Assembly (NCBI GenBank): GCA_003693705.1 | Contig: RBZT01000420.1 | Span: 1 to 40,044 of the forward strand | Direction: 5' to 3' | DNA: 40,044 bases | From: Polymyxa betae A26-41 | Lineage: Eukaryota > Protista > Endomyxa: Phytomyxea | Part shown: piece by piece, positions 13,195 to 24,572 of the stretch | How the letters are laid out: every line of letters begins with the position of its first letter | Position numbering within the stretch: position 1 is the stretch's first letter | Notes under the pieces: generated by a model | The model's input: only the letters and a program-made list of their open reading frames with translations | Databases searched by the model: none | What the model was told of the DNA's origin: nothing | Position numbers and translations under genes: made by a program

Positions 13195-14496
13195 TTAGTT
13201 AAGGACAGTGGTTTCACAAATCTTCCCAGTAACAACATATGGATCCATGTTGCTTGCCGGCCGACGATCCTATGAATAAGCATTACAAACTTTAAAGTTC
13301 TGAAAAGAAAACCTTTACCTCAAAGTATCCAAACCCATCCTTCTCGGCCTGACGAGGAATACGAACTGAGGCTCCTCGGTTGGCGACACCATAGGAGAAC
13401 TATAAAGAAGAATGAGCTCACATTAAGCAATAATCGAAATAAGCTAGCCTTAGAGATATGGGCAGTCTCATGGGCACCAGTGAGACGACGTTCATTACCG
13501 ACACCATAAACTGCAATATGTTCGTGGTGCTTCAGCTCAAGCTTCTTAATAGCGGAAAGGATGACTTCGTATCCACCCTTCTCACGCATGGCTTTGGTCG
13601 AGTAGTTGGTGTGGCAGCTAAAAGGGTATCAAGACAAAAGCGGATAAATAGTTGAGTTCAGTTACCCAGCTCCATTCCAGTCACCAGCAATAGGCTTAGG
13701 GTCGAAAGAAGCGACAACACCGAAGTCTTCGCACACACGATGCAACAAATAACGGGACACCAACATTTGATCACCAGAATCGACGCCTTCGCAGGGACCA
13801 ATCTGGTATTCCCACTGTGCAGCCATAACCTAGAGCAAATCAACGGCATGGCTCCACAACAATAGTACGGCATACCTCTGCGTTCGATCCAGAGATAGTA
13901 AGTCCAGATGCCAAGCAGGCTCGGTAGTGAGCTTCGGCGATGAAACGACCGTATGCAGCACGAGTGCCAACACCACCTGAACAGAGCTCAATAGAGTTAA
14001 TATGATATGAGTAAGTATTACAGTAGTAAGGTCCTTGGGGAGATGGAAACCCTCCTTTAGGCCATCCGAGAGGAGTGGTGCCGTCCTTTTCGAATAATGT
14101 GTATTCCTGCTCAATTCCAAACCACGGTTTATGAGCCGCAGCGGCCTCCATAATCTTGTTGCAAGCATAACGAGTGTTGGAGGGCAATGGCTTCATAGCA
14201 GGCGTGTAGCATTCACAAACTACGAGGATGTTGTTGCCGCCTCGGAAAGGATCGGGAAAAATCTTAACCGGCTTCAAATAGACTTCGGAATCAGAGCCTG
14301 GGGCTTGGCCAGTCGACGAACCATCGAAGTTCCAGATCGGAAGCTCCTCGGGCGATTTCGGCTTCTGCTCGAGAGTCCTAGTCTTGGAGCGAATATCGGA
14401 TCCGGAGCCGCCGACCCAGATGTATTCGGCCTGGACACGTGGGCCCTGGTCCATGCTCATGTACTTGTAGTAAACAGCGGTGTCGAGGGTCGCCAT
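13195..14496 (-). CDS. glnA: Glutamine synthetase type II, 354 aa, 6 exons
   Basis: Motifs [86 protein letters not shown]. Introns at 14021-13977, 13875-13830, 13665-13618, 13448-13400 (GC donor) and 13318-13270. Confidence 0.97.
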
Positions 14497-15439
14497 ATTG
14501 CGACTATTGATGCAGATAGAGACAATAAGAGAATGAGCTCGTCGTATGTAGTGACTAGATACCAACTTACAGAGTGCACAACTGCAATCCGTCACAGTAT
14601 AGTGGTTCTGTTTTAAAGGGTTACAACTAGGGGCGTGACCTTCTTGTAGTTGGCGCGACCTGTATGTCGCGACACTTACGGTACGGCTGGAGTGACTCCA
14701 GAATTAGAATCCGAATGATCTTAACGCGTCCGCTCACAGACTGCATTGCCCACCGCACGATGCGCGCCACCCAATTTTACGATCATGTTCGCCAAATATC
14801 GCTTAGCTTCCAGTGTTTTCGAGCTCTTTCCCGATAAAAGATATAAAATGAATTCGCGAGGCTACTGTGTTTCGTGATTTCGCTTTCGAAAAGTAATTGA
14901 CGTGGCGTACAGAGAGATATTGGGATGTTATCTTCGAGGGATAAGCGTCCGTGACGTCTTGCCATGGAAGCTCTTCGAATTCGAACGGTGTGATTCTTCG
15001 GCTGTGCAGAAATACCCTGGGCAATGCTAGGAAGCCAGCGAGAATGCCAAGTTTGCCCAATATGTAAACCCAGCTCAGTGGCTAGAACATACATTTTGTC
15101 GACAGTTTTAAGAGAATTACAAGAATGAGATGATGTTATCGATTTATGAGAAGGATCGAATATGACTGCCAGAAAATTGATTATAAATTTCCCGGAAGTG
15201 AATTCGAGCACATGTAGAATGAGAATCTACTTCAGGGAAGTTTGCAGATATCTTACTTTTTCCACATTTAAGTTGCGAATGTGCCAAAATTTTCAATAAT
15301 TGCATCGGATGTTAGTGCAAGCTGAAGGTAGCTTTTTAGTCTCACTAGTCACTAGACAAATCTAGAAACATTTAAACAAGGCAAATGAGGTAAGAATTGC
15401 CAAGCTACTATGTACAGGTATGTTACAGAGCAAAACAGA

Positions 15440-15521
15440 AGCCGTCGACGAGATTTGAACTCGCGCGGGCAGAACCCAGTAGATTTCGAATCTACCACCT
15501 TGACCACTCGGTCACAACGGC
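15440..15521 (-). tRNA. tRNA-Ser: tRNA-Ser (anticodon CGA)
   Basis: Acceptor GCCGTTG/CGACGGC, anticodon arm GTAGA-TTCGAAA-TCTAC, long variable arm with GGG/CCC stem, T-arm GCGAG-TTCAAAT-CTCGT; T4 terminator at 15432-15435. Confidence 0.93.
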
Positions 15522-15896
15522 ACTTCATGATTACTAGTGCTCATCCGGAAATTACAATTTCGAATCACACCTGGCATTGAACGTTATAGAATTGACGATT
15601 GTCAAAGCAAGCTATATATCGGAATCATAATTACCTTCAGTTAGAACCAATTTCTTTACGTGAAAGAATTGGAGATTCGTGTATGGCTATATGGCTAAAA
15701 AAGTATTTTACCCTTGGTCTAACTATGTGATAGCAGGATAAGGAATAACTGTCTTCATTCAAAATTTATATTCTTTCTTCATTCAAGTAATATCCAACAA
15801 CAATACGATAACAGATTCCCAATTATGAAGTTGAATTTTGGAAGAGTACGACAAACAAATCGAGAAAAACGACTTGAATTGTGAACAGCATAAGCC

Positions 15897-17314
15897 TTAT
15901 TTTGAAGGTTCGTGATCGATAAGGCTGATACCGACAGCAGCATCAGTCTCGACTCCGATTTCTTCCTGAACAAAAACATGTTAAGACTCGGGCCATTCGT
16001 CTTTCAAGCAACAATATTCAAATTAGAATGACACAAGGGGCACTGAATTGATAATAATAGCACATCTCAAACGACGAAAAATAGTGATCCACAAAATCAA
16101 GACAACAAGCAAAACACAATAAGATGACAAACCTAGAAAAAGAGAAACTTACTTCCAAATCGGTCTTTCTCATCGAGCCACTCTCTAAGATACAATCCAA
16201 CATTTCACTACACGCGCGTCGACGCTGCTTCCACATTTTCTACGAGCTAGTTAGAAAAGCGCCAGAAGCACAGCTCAGAGATTTTGTTACCACGTAGCTC
16301 TGATGCTGTTGTTTGATTTTGACGAAATCCTCCTTTGGAATCAGAGGCTCATCGGCAGTAGCTAGTTTCGAAAACAATTCCTGTTTTTCAGCCATATCGC
16401 AACGCATTCGTTCCACCTGATCACGAAGTTCTGTGATTGTTGGGCGAGATTTCAGACTAGCCACACGAGTCTGCAGCTGTTTGAGCTCTTCCTTTCGTTT
16501 AGAATGCATTTCTTGTAACTGAGAGATTTCTTTGTCAATCGCATCCATTTGAGCTTGATCGACATCCTCGAAATTTGATTGGTTCGCTAAGTATATACGA
16601 ACCTAGGAATCACGGGTTATGTCGAATACGAGCCAATAAAATGACACTGTCGATAACGAAAATGGGAATGAACATAGATTAGTGTTAAATTCCAAAACAA
16701 CTGCAATTTTAAACAATGCAGAATCGTATCTTCAGGAAACAAAATAACAAATGAAGCTATGCTGATCAGAATTACTGAGACAGGGTCTGCAGCAATCGGA
16801 ACATTAATACATAAGAGCGCCAGAAATGGATCCAATACAGACGAACCTTTCCGAAATCTTTCAGCTGTAGGACACCGTCATCACACAGCTGATTCAGAAT
16901 TTTCGGTACACTTGGCTTTTTCACAACTCCATGCAAATTATCGTAGACGTTTAAATGCGAATACGGCCGATTCGCTTTCAGCATATAATCTTTGATAATT
17001 CCGACAGCTTTGGCATCAGACACCACAGCAACTTTCGCAGGTTTATCTGCTGCTGCTTTTACCTTCTTTGCAGCAGGAATAGCAGCTGCATTGTCAGCTT
17101 TGCCTTTACGTTTAGCAGCAGGCTCTTTGTTTTCTTTGCCTTTCTTAGCTGGTGTCGTTTTCGCTTTGGCTGCTGCTGCCTTCTTAGGTGCCGATTTCTT
17201 CTTCACGACTACATCGTCTTCAAAGTCTGAACTATTCGAGCCAGCCGACTCGAATTCATCATCAGACGGCGCAGACGAGGGAATATCTGCATCGGAATCA
17301 TCCGACTTCTTCAT
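15897..17314 (-). CDS. HOP2: Homologous-pairing protein 2 (HOP2/TBPIP), 311 aa, 4 exons
   Basis: Winged-helix motif DYMLKANRPYSHLNVYDNLH..KDFGK/VRIYLANQ, coiled coil, WKQRRRACSEMLDCI, terminal EEIGVETD. Introns at 16846-16603, 16290-16240 and 16152-15966. Confidence 0.9.
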
Positions 17315-17860
17315 TGCAAAGCACTGTAATTGCGTACACCATCATGGTTTAGCATTGGCACGTCAGAGGTCAAGTCGCTTTCATCTGGATGAATTGCAAT
17401 CTATCAACACCGTACCAGGAACTACACAATTGGGGGATTGGCAACATCAATCTCAATAAAGACATGGTCATAAGGAAAAAATCGATTTCGAGTTTTATGA
17501 ATTAATTCGGCAAACGAAAAAATCGATCGCCTTTTTTCAAATTGGAGACAGTCCAAACATTGTTCCTTGAGCATAATTCTAAAACTGACGCCAAGCCTGC
17601 ATATTCCGCAGAATCTCGTTTTCCATTGCCTTGTTTGGCAAGTCTTTTTTCGGTGAGTACTGCATACCGATAACTGTCATGAGTATCGTAAACTCGAGAT
17701 TTTTATGATTTGGGGCAAAAAATCGAGAAAAAAAATCATGAAATTTGCGCCACAGACACTAGAATGTGCGTTACAACGCTGCTGCAATCTTTTTGGCTGA
17801 CGAAAATCCCGGTGAGTGAGTCTGAGCGCTGCTCTGCTCGGGACGTCTTCTCTTGAGACA

Positions 17861-18090
17861 ATGTTAAAAAGAAAACCGACTAGAATCGAGCTGAAAATCG
17901 AAGGTCTGAGGCACATCTGTTGTTCTTACAGCAGATATTTAGACATCTTTCAGATGCGCACGAGCTCGACCGAGACGAACTGGCTAAGTTGACTCCGGAT
18001 CAGCAACAAAGACAACAGCAGCAAGATTTATTCGTATCTTCTCGCTCGAGTAAATCAAAGATGGAGCGGATCATGGGTCATTCCCATTAA
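17861..18090 (+). CDS. CDC26: Anaphase-promoting complex subunit CDC26 (APC12), 59 aa, 2 exons
   Basis: MLKRKPTRIELKIED matches the diagnostic CDC26 N-terminus (MLRRKPTRLELKLDD). A 50-nt GT-AG intron at 17904-17953 gives a 180-nt ORF ending ERIMGHSH-TAA. Absent from the ORF track. Confidence 0.85.
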
Positions 18091-18456
18091 TTTATAAATG
18101 GTGTTATCATTTTCGTGCAATAAAGCTACTCGAATCCCCAGTCCTTAGCAATCGCTTTCAGTATCTCCCAAGTCCACATTGTCATTTTTTAACCAACATG
18201 TTTGCGTTTTCAGATCCCAGAGTTGAAGAGATCGCTTGAAATTTGTCGGAAAGTGAAGTGTTCCATCGCTCCATTGAATGAACAGCCAACAGCAACTCCC
18301 TCTTCTACCAGGATTGCACCTTTTACCTTAGATTCAATGCTGAAAGTAGAGACTATTCTACAACGTTGGCTATCAACGAATGGGAGAAGGTAACCTCACA
18401 TATCTTGTTTGTTAGCCCAGAGCATATTATAAATTAATTTTTAGGGATTGATGAAT

Positions 18457-21290
18457 TCACATTACTCGACACTGCTTCCCATCGGTCTTGAGGTCGTGGT
18501 ACCTTCGGCGATGCTTTGATGAACGCCAAGAACCAGGTGCAGACGACGTCTTGGCGTTGCCTGCTGTAGCCGTTGAAGATGGACGCATGTCTATCAAATT
18601 CCACAATCATATAAATCAAATCTCATCAACTCTAGAGAATCCACATACCCGACAGTTCCACATTCGACGATGTAGAAAACCTTCGAGACGGAACGTACGC
18701 CTCGTCCTCGTAATCTGGGTAATCTAGAACTGAATGGTTTCCTTCCAATGGATGGTCTGGTGATAACATGCAGCCATCAACAACGGCATCGACAATTTTG
18801 TTCAGGGTTCGTCGAACTATTTCGTGATCTGGATTTATATCAGGTCGCTTGGGCGACGGCAACTGCACTGGATCGGATGCCGGCGAACCAAACGTTGCTG
18901 CAGTTTCGAGAGAGGAATCAGAAGACGACGACGATGGTGACGGGGCACGCGACGCCGCTAGAGATGAAACCTGGCTACCTGGCCGAAGATCTACTAAAAA
19001 GAGAATGGGATGTTGATGGGAAAAAGCGAATTCAAGTTCGAAGACCTACCAGGGTGATTCTGGAGCTGAAGCGAAGGAGCTGATACAAATTGTTCTCGAT
19101 GACCAAGATGTAAAACGAAATCAGTAGGATGGTATTCTACCTGAACAGATAGCAATGCATGCCCGCCGTCATCAAGCAGCATTTCGCCTTTATAAGACCC
19201 GCCCTCCACAAAAACCAGCTCGGAGACCAAGACGGCTGAAGACCCTAATAAGCTACGTCCGTTGTATGCCCTATAAATAATATCAGGGAGCTGATGCAAA
19301 CTAAACATAAACAGAACAAGCGCCGACGGCAAAGGTTTCAATTTTAAAGGCCACATTAGCCTATTAACGACAGAACTGTTACCTGAAGACAACTTTGGCA
19401 TTCGGAACTGTAGCAACGTTCAGGAGCAGATCAAATGTGACATTTTCTTCAAAATAGCAAACTGGATCAGAGTATTTTACGTCAGTCGAATACGCTAGCT
19501 CCTGATCACCAAGTGTCACGCTAACACCAGGGATCCATTCCAAGGAATTTGAAGTTTGAAAGGGGACAACAAATTCCATGTCAATCAAAGCCAAGGACGG
19601 AACCCGCACTCTGATGATTCCAACGTAATTAGAGCAACCTCTGGAAATTGTTTCTGACGTTCTCAAAACTGATTCGATTCCCTAAAATAGACGGTCAAAA
19701 GCAGCACCAATCTGAAAAATGAATCGCAGTAAACCTTTTGCATCACTTGAGGATTCGTTCGATAAGGCGAGATAAGCGGTTCCCATAAAAGTCTGAGCTT
19801 TAAAATAGGGCCAAAGTTACTCCTTTTCATAGTCACTTCCCAATCTACGCTCGAAGATATCGACGAGCGGAAAGCATCTTCAACGATTGTAGTCCCTTTA
19901 CAGACAGCCTTCCCGTTCACCAACAGTCGAATACATAATTCTCCCTCTGCCAGAACGTTCAATTAAGCAAAGTAAAAGAAGTTGAAAAGTAGCCAGATTG
20001 AGACCAGCAAATGTTGTAAATCTCACCAGTTTCAGATTTTTTATATGGTCCAGCATAGGGCGACACAATAAACACACATGCAGATTCAGCAGAGCTGGCT
20101 AAAGCAACGCATGATTTTTTCTTAAAAATATCGTCAGTTAAGCATAAATCAGAATTACTGATTTACCAAAAAAAGTTACAAATTTTAAAGATTTTACCTG
20201 GGAGCCCATTGTCATCTCAAAAACAGCTTTAGGGTTTTTATTTGTGGACAGCAGTGAGGTCAGACCGGAACTTGTACCGAGCACTCGAATTGAGAGCAAA
20301 CCTGAAACAATGAATACAAACATTGTAATAAACTCCTGAAAGCTTATACCAGTTGGATAGAAGATTGGCAACGCTGATTCAGGATCGTCAGGAACAAGGC
20401 GAAATTCCAATTTCGCTTGACGAATAATCTTTTGTAACTGGCTTAACACAAATTCTTCAACCTGCAGATCTAACGTTAATACAGCTTATTGTAAACAGTA
20501 TGGGAATGCGCATACATACGGTACTCTAGTTGCATCAACGTAACCGACTTTGATATCCAAATCAAAAATAGGTTCTGGTGAAGCTTTGAACTGCATCGTG
20601 TAACCTCCAAAAAAAGGTCTATCATCCTGGACAGATGTCAAAACACAAAGCAAACAGAAGCCATTAGCTCTACATGGCGATTGAAGAATCGTAGTTGAAC
20701 ATCAGCACGAACATGTGTTAGACGACAAACAACGATAACTGTTCCAACTGCAACAACTCGAGCTGCAAGTCGCAAATCTATCAAACCATCGAAATTCATT
20801 GTTAAGTCAAGGACGTGATCTAAGTCATCCGACAGTCGAGCACGCGTCGACGTTCCACCTAAGCAGCAGTTAGCTGGATTCGATATGAAAAAAGCCAGTT
20901 GTTATACAAACCCGGTAGTGGAGGCTCACAGTAAGCTCGAAGATTATGTACACGAGGTTCTCCACGAATAATACGAAATGAAGTCAGTTGAGCTGAATGG
21001 ATCCCGGTCGCCTTCAATGTCTGTATTCTGACACCCAAGGCGGCCCTTATACGAGACTCCAACAGTGGAACATGCCGAGGCCAAACATCTCTCAGGAACG
21101 AGTTCACCCAATCGCCTTGGTCGGGAACCCAGACCATATTACGCGGGCCCTCCTCCACGATGGGACGATCGGGATCCCGAGGCACGAACTGGAACAAGAA
21201 GACGACAATGAGACCAGCGACGACGATGTTGAGCTGGGCATATCCGAGCAAATATGGAATTAAGGCCAATGATAGCATCATGGACGTCAT
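18457..21290 (-). CDS. Extended-synaptotagmin/tricalbin-like protein (N-terminal hydrophobic segment, SMP domain, C2-like domains), multi-exon
   Basis: Hydrophobic N-terminus; SMP-type DWVNSFLRDVWP...LTSFRIIRGEPRVHNLRAY; C2-like blocks GLLSIRVLG and VGIIRVRV..YFEENVTF; Ser/Pro-rich tail. Alternative ATG at 21362. Last exon inferred from a 58-nt GTATGT..ATAG intron at 18648-18591. Confidence 0.65.
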
Positions 21291-21631
21291 CTTTTCGCAA
21301 CATGAAGGACATCGATGGGAGGCCGGACATGATCGGTCATTTCTCGTAGCACGGTCTCCCATATCACCATATTACAATGTGCCGAATCATAGAGTTGAAA
21401 TCCATTTGTTTTTCAATGCTGACCTATAACTTTCCATGCTATGATCATACAGCTGATAGCTGACTTTATGGCTGTGAGATGAATCCACGTACGAAACTTT
21501 TACTTTTCTGTCATTTGAAAATGCATCTGTTGGATCCTAGAGATGATCTGGGCTTGCTTATTGGATTATTTTGAGCCAGACTGGTACAAACTTTGGAATT
21601 TGTAATTTATTGGGCGAATCACGGAAAGAGC

Positions 21632-22213
21632 ATGTTAAATCTGAGTGATGTTCTGGATCGGAATAAAGAATCGGTCAAACTTCTGAAAACGTTGAAGTTG
21701 CGATTCCGTCGCCCGAATTCCTTATTAGTGAACATGTCATATGGCGGCGTCAACATCTGATACCTTTATGTTCAGCATAAAAGCATGGTCGCCTTCTTCC
21801 TTGTTATCACGGCGAAATGTATATACTGCCCAGACCCCAGAACAAAGAAGTGAATCGAACCTCTCTTTTCCGTCATCATTCAGGCTGTAAGAATGTTTAG
21901 TGCAGGAACTCAAGAACGATATGGGCACAATCAAGCGCGAGATAAACACGATCGATAGCAACCTTGATAGATGTCGTCGGTCTGCGGATCTTCAGTCGTA
22001 TCAATCATATCGTAAGGAGCGACAGATTTTGGGATCTCGTTGCCTGAAAATGGGCCATGCATTGAACACGATGATCTCAGGTCGTGTATATCGCCTGCTA
22101 AATGTTTTCAACTAACTAACTGACTTTATAAAGAGAATCATTATGCCGGGCGCTTGATGGATCTCATTTTGGAATCGATTGAGATCTGTTCAAACGTGAA
22201 AGACCCCATCTAA
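21632..22213 (+). CDS. Possible small hypothetical spliced gene
   Basis: Helical-looking ORF at 21900-22080 joins through a GT-AG intron to ENHYAGRLMDLILESIEICSNVKDPI-TAA; 5' structure unresolved; no family recognised. Confidence 0.25.
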
Positions 22214-24572
22214 TTAATAATCTTATTCTGACTGGCTTTATTCGACAATGGGTAGCTGTGAGTGAGCGATGAACATTTATTCGGAAGCTGCATGCTTTTT
22301 GGAAACTTTTTCAGCTTCCACAATGATAAAAGGCAGATATATCGGAACATTGATTCTGAAGAGGTCGCTACCTTTGTCTGTTTGAAACCGATTTGGGTCG
22401 TACTGCTAGGTTACCGGTTTCGCCGATTCTTGCCAGACATGGTAAAAGAGCATTCGAAGACTTCGTTTGTCGATTCAGTGAAGACTCGTTCCTGCGAAAC
22501 CTCATATATTGCTCGCCATAGTGACCTCAGGATTAGGAGTTTATTTTAGGCAAAACCCAAAACTTTAGCTTTCCTTTTCTGCAGATTGAGCTTCGAATGT
22601 AAAGTTGATCATATTTCGAAAATGCATGGATGCTCCAGAATGGCGACTTACTCGCACTTGCCATCTTAACATGACGTGCTCCAGATCGTCACTTCGGTAC
22701 GAGTTCACATTGACATAATCTTCATTAGCCAATATCGTCCGAATCCATTTCTTCAGACGCCGAATCGGATTCACGGAACGAGAGCGAAAGGTGTAACCAT
22801 TATACGTCATTTCGATTAGCGAATGTCTCCAGACTCGGAACAACATTTCTGCTTTGACACGAGCGCTGGTTTGATTGAAGACTTTCAAGGTGACAAAATC
22901 GGAATCTAAACGATCTTAGCATTCCTCTTCTTGGCTGTGATAACGCATACCATTAGTCATATCTAGCTGAGAGAAGTCGTAGTTATCGGTTCGTATCAAA
23001 ATCCGGCTTAACCGTTGCAACTTTGTCTTCCATTGCTTGAAAGCAGAATCCATACTTTCGAAGCAAGGTGGTGTTTTCTGCTATTACCTTTGACTTCCCT
23101 TTACAACATTCGGAGGATGGTCACCATATTCAAATGCATATCACCGGAATCCGATGCAAAGCTCCGATTGGCAATGACCTTAAGCTAATATGATATCTCT
23201 CTTTCGCTTTAATTGATTAGGTCTTTTCTTAGCATAAAAAGTAACGCTGACTCTAACCTAAGAGATTTCTTGCCTAGGTTTAGTTGTTAATCAGACAAAA
23301 GGGTTATCTTGCTCAAAGCATCTACAAATGTCTGTGCTTTCTATCCTTTACTTTGCTCAGAGAGGAGCGCCTCGATTGGCGGCATATAATCATCCCAGTC
23401 TTTGATTGTTAGCGCCTTGGCTTGAGATAAAGCAAACACTTGCGAGAACAACAGTAACTGGAGGTGGATTAAAGCATATAAATCAGTTATAAAAGCAATT
23501 TTAAAGATTCAAATCCACCATAGAACGAAATGGAATTGCGACCAATGTTGTAGCTCTGACTGAAATCTCGACTTTCAGCTTTTATACCTAATTCGGCATA
23601 AGATGATGTTTAACGATGTTAAACTCCATGAAAGTAAAATGCATTCTATAATCAAGAGTGTGCATAAAGGCAAAGACGGAATTGGCGTCTTGACAGCGTT
23701 CAAAACTGAAATACAACCAATGCTTCGAAGTACTGAGTTCTATGCAGGATCGTAAGATGCATGCTCCAGGTAGCTGACAACAAAACTAGCATTTACAGCG
23801 GTATAATCTGAATGATCTGTGAAAGAAAATATCGTTTGGGACAGAGACATGAGCGCACTATCAGCCAAGTCGTCTGTCAGCAAGAGGTTGCGTCCATATT
23901 GGTTCTGTCATTGTAGTTTCCGTCGATCGTCGTAGAGGCAGTAGGTGATGGGTCATCCAGGGGTAGCTGAGGTCGTCCACATGGCCATGGCAACCTCTGT
24001 CGAATACTGCTCGGTTCAGCGGTGTTTCAGACCAAGCGTCATCCCTGTGCTATTCATAACGTCCAATGACTGACCCCGCCAGTTATCTTCTACCCTCAAA
24101 CATCGTCATCTGTCTTCACCAATTGTTGATCGCAAAGCTCTAGAAAGAATCATGTTTTCGTCGTTCTGAGAACCATTATCAAGCATCTGTTTGTTACTTT
24201 GATTTCTCTACACTTTGTTTTGTCTTCCGCTATCATTTCGGCTCGGTATGCTCCATTTCCAGCAAAATGAAGTGTTATCGCTTTTGCAACTTGGCTTATT
24301 CAACTGTCCACCGTAATTTCTCAAGAATGTCAAATCACTTCTCGAAGACATATTTATGAACTTGCTGTCATTTACTCCCTGGTGGACCTCCTAAATCATG
24401 CCAATGACAGTTTCCATAAACATCTATGCGAGAACGTGCCAGGTATGGCGCGTGCCAGTAACTGACGCGTGTCTGTGGGCAAGATATCGTTTCGAGGGGG
24501 AATTTGACCTTGTCCATTGTCAAATCTTGTGAAGATTGACCATTGTTAATTTCTTGGATTATCGCTGCAACA

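Noticed and set aside
15440-15521. Selenocysteine tRNA
   Set aside because: Anticodon is CGA, not TCA, and the arms have ordinary Ser geometry.
15966-16846. Intronic snoRNAs in the long HOP2 introns
   Set aside because: No convincing C/D or H/ACA box arrangement seen by eye.
18202-18393. Prefoldin subunit 3-like peptide IPELKRSLEICRK
   Set aside because: The diagnostic LWLGANVMLEY region is absent.
23981-23994. RFX X-box-like ATGGCCATGGCAAC
   Set aside because: Imperfect single site, not adjacent to a confirmed ciliary gene, and RFX presence is unknown.
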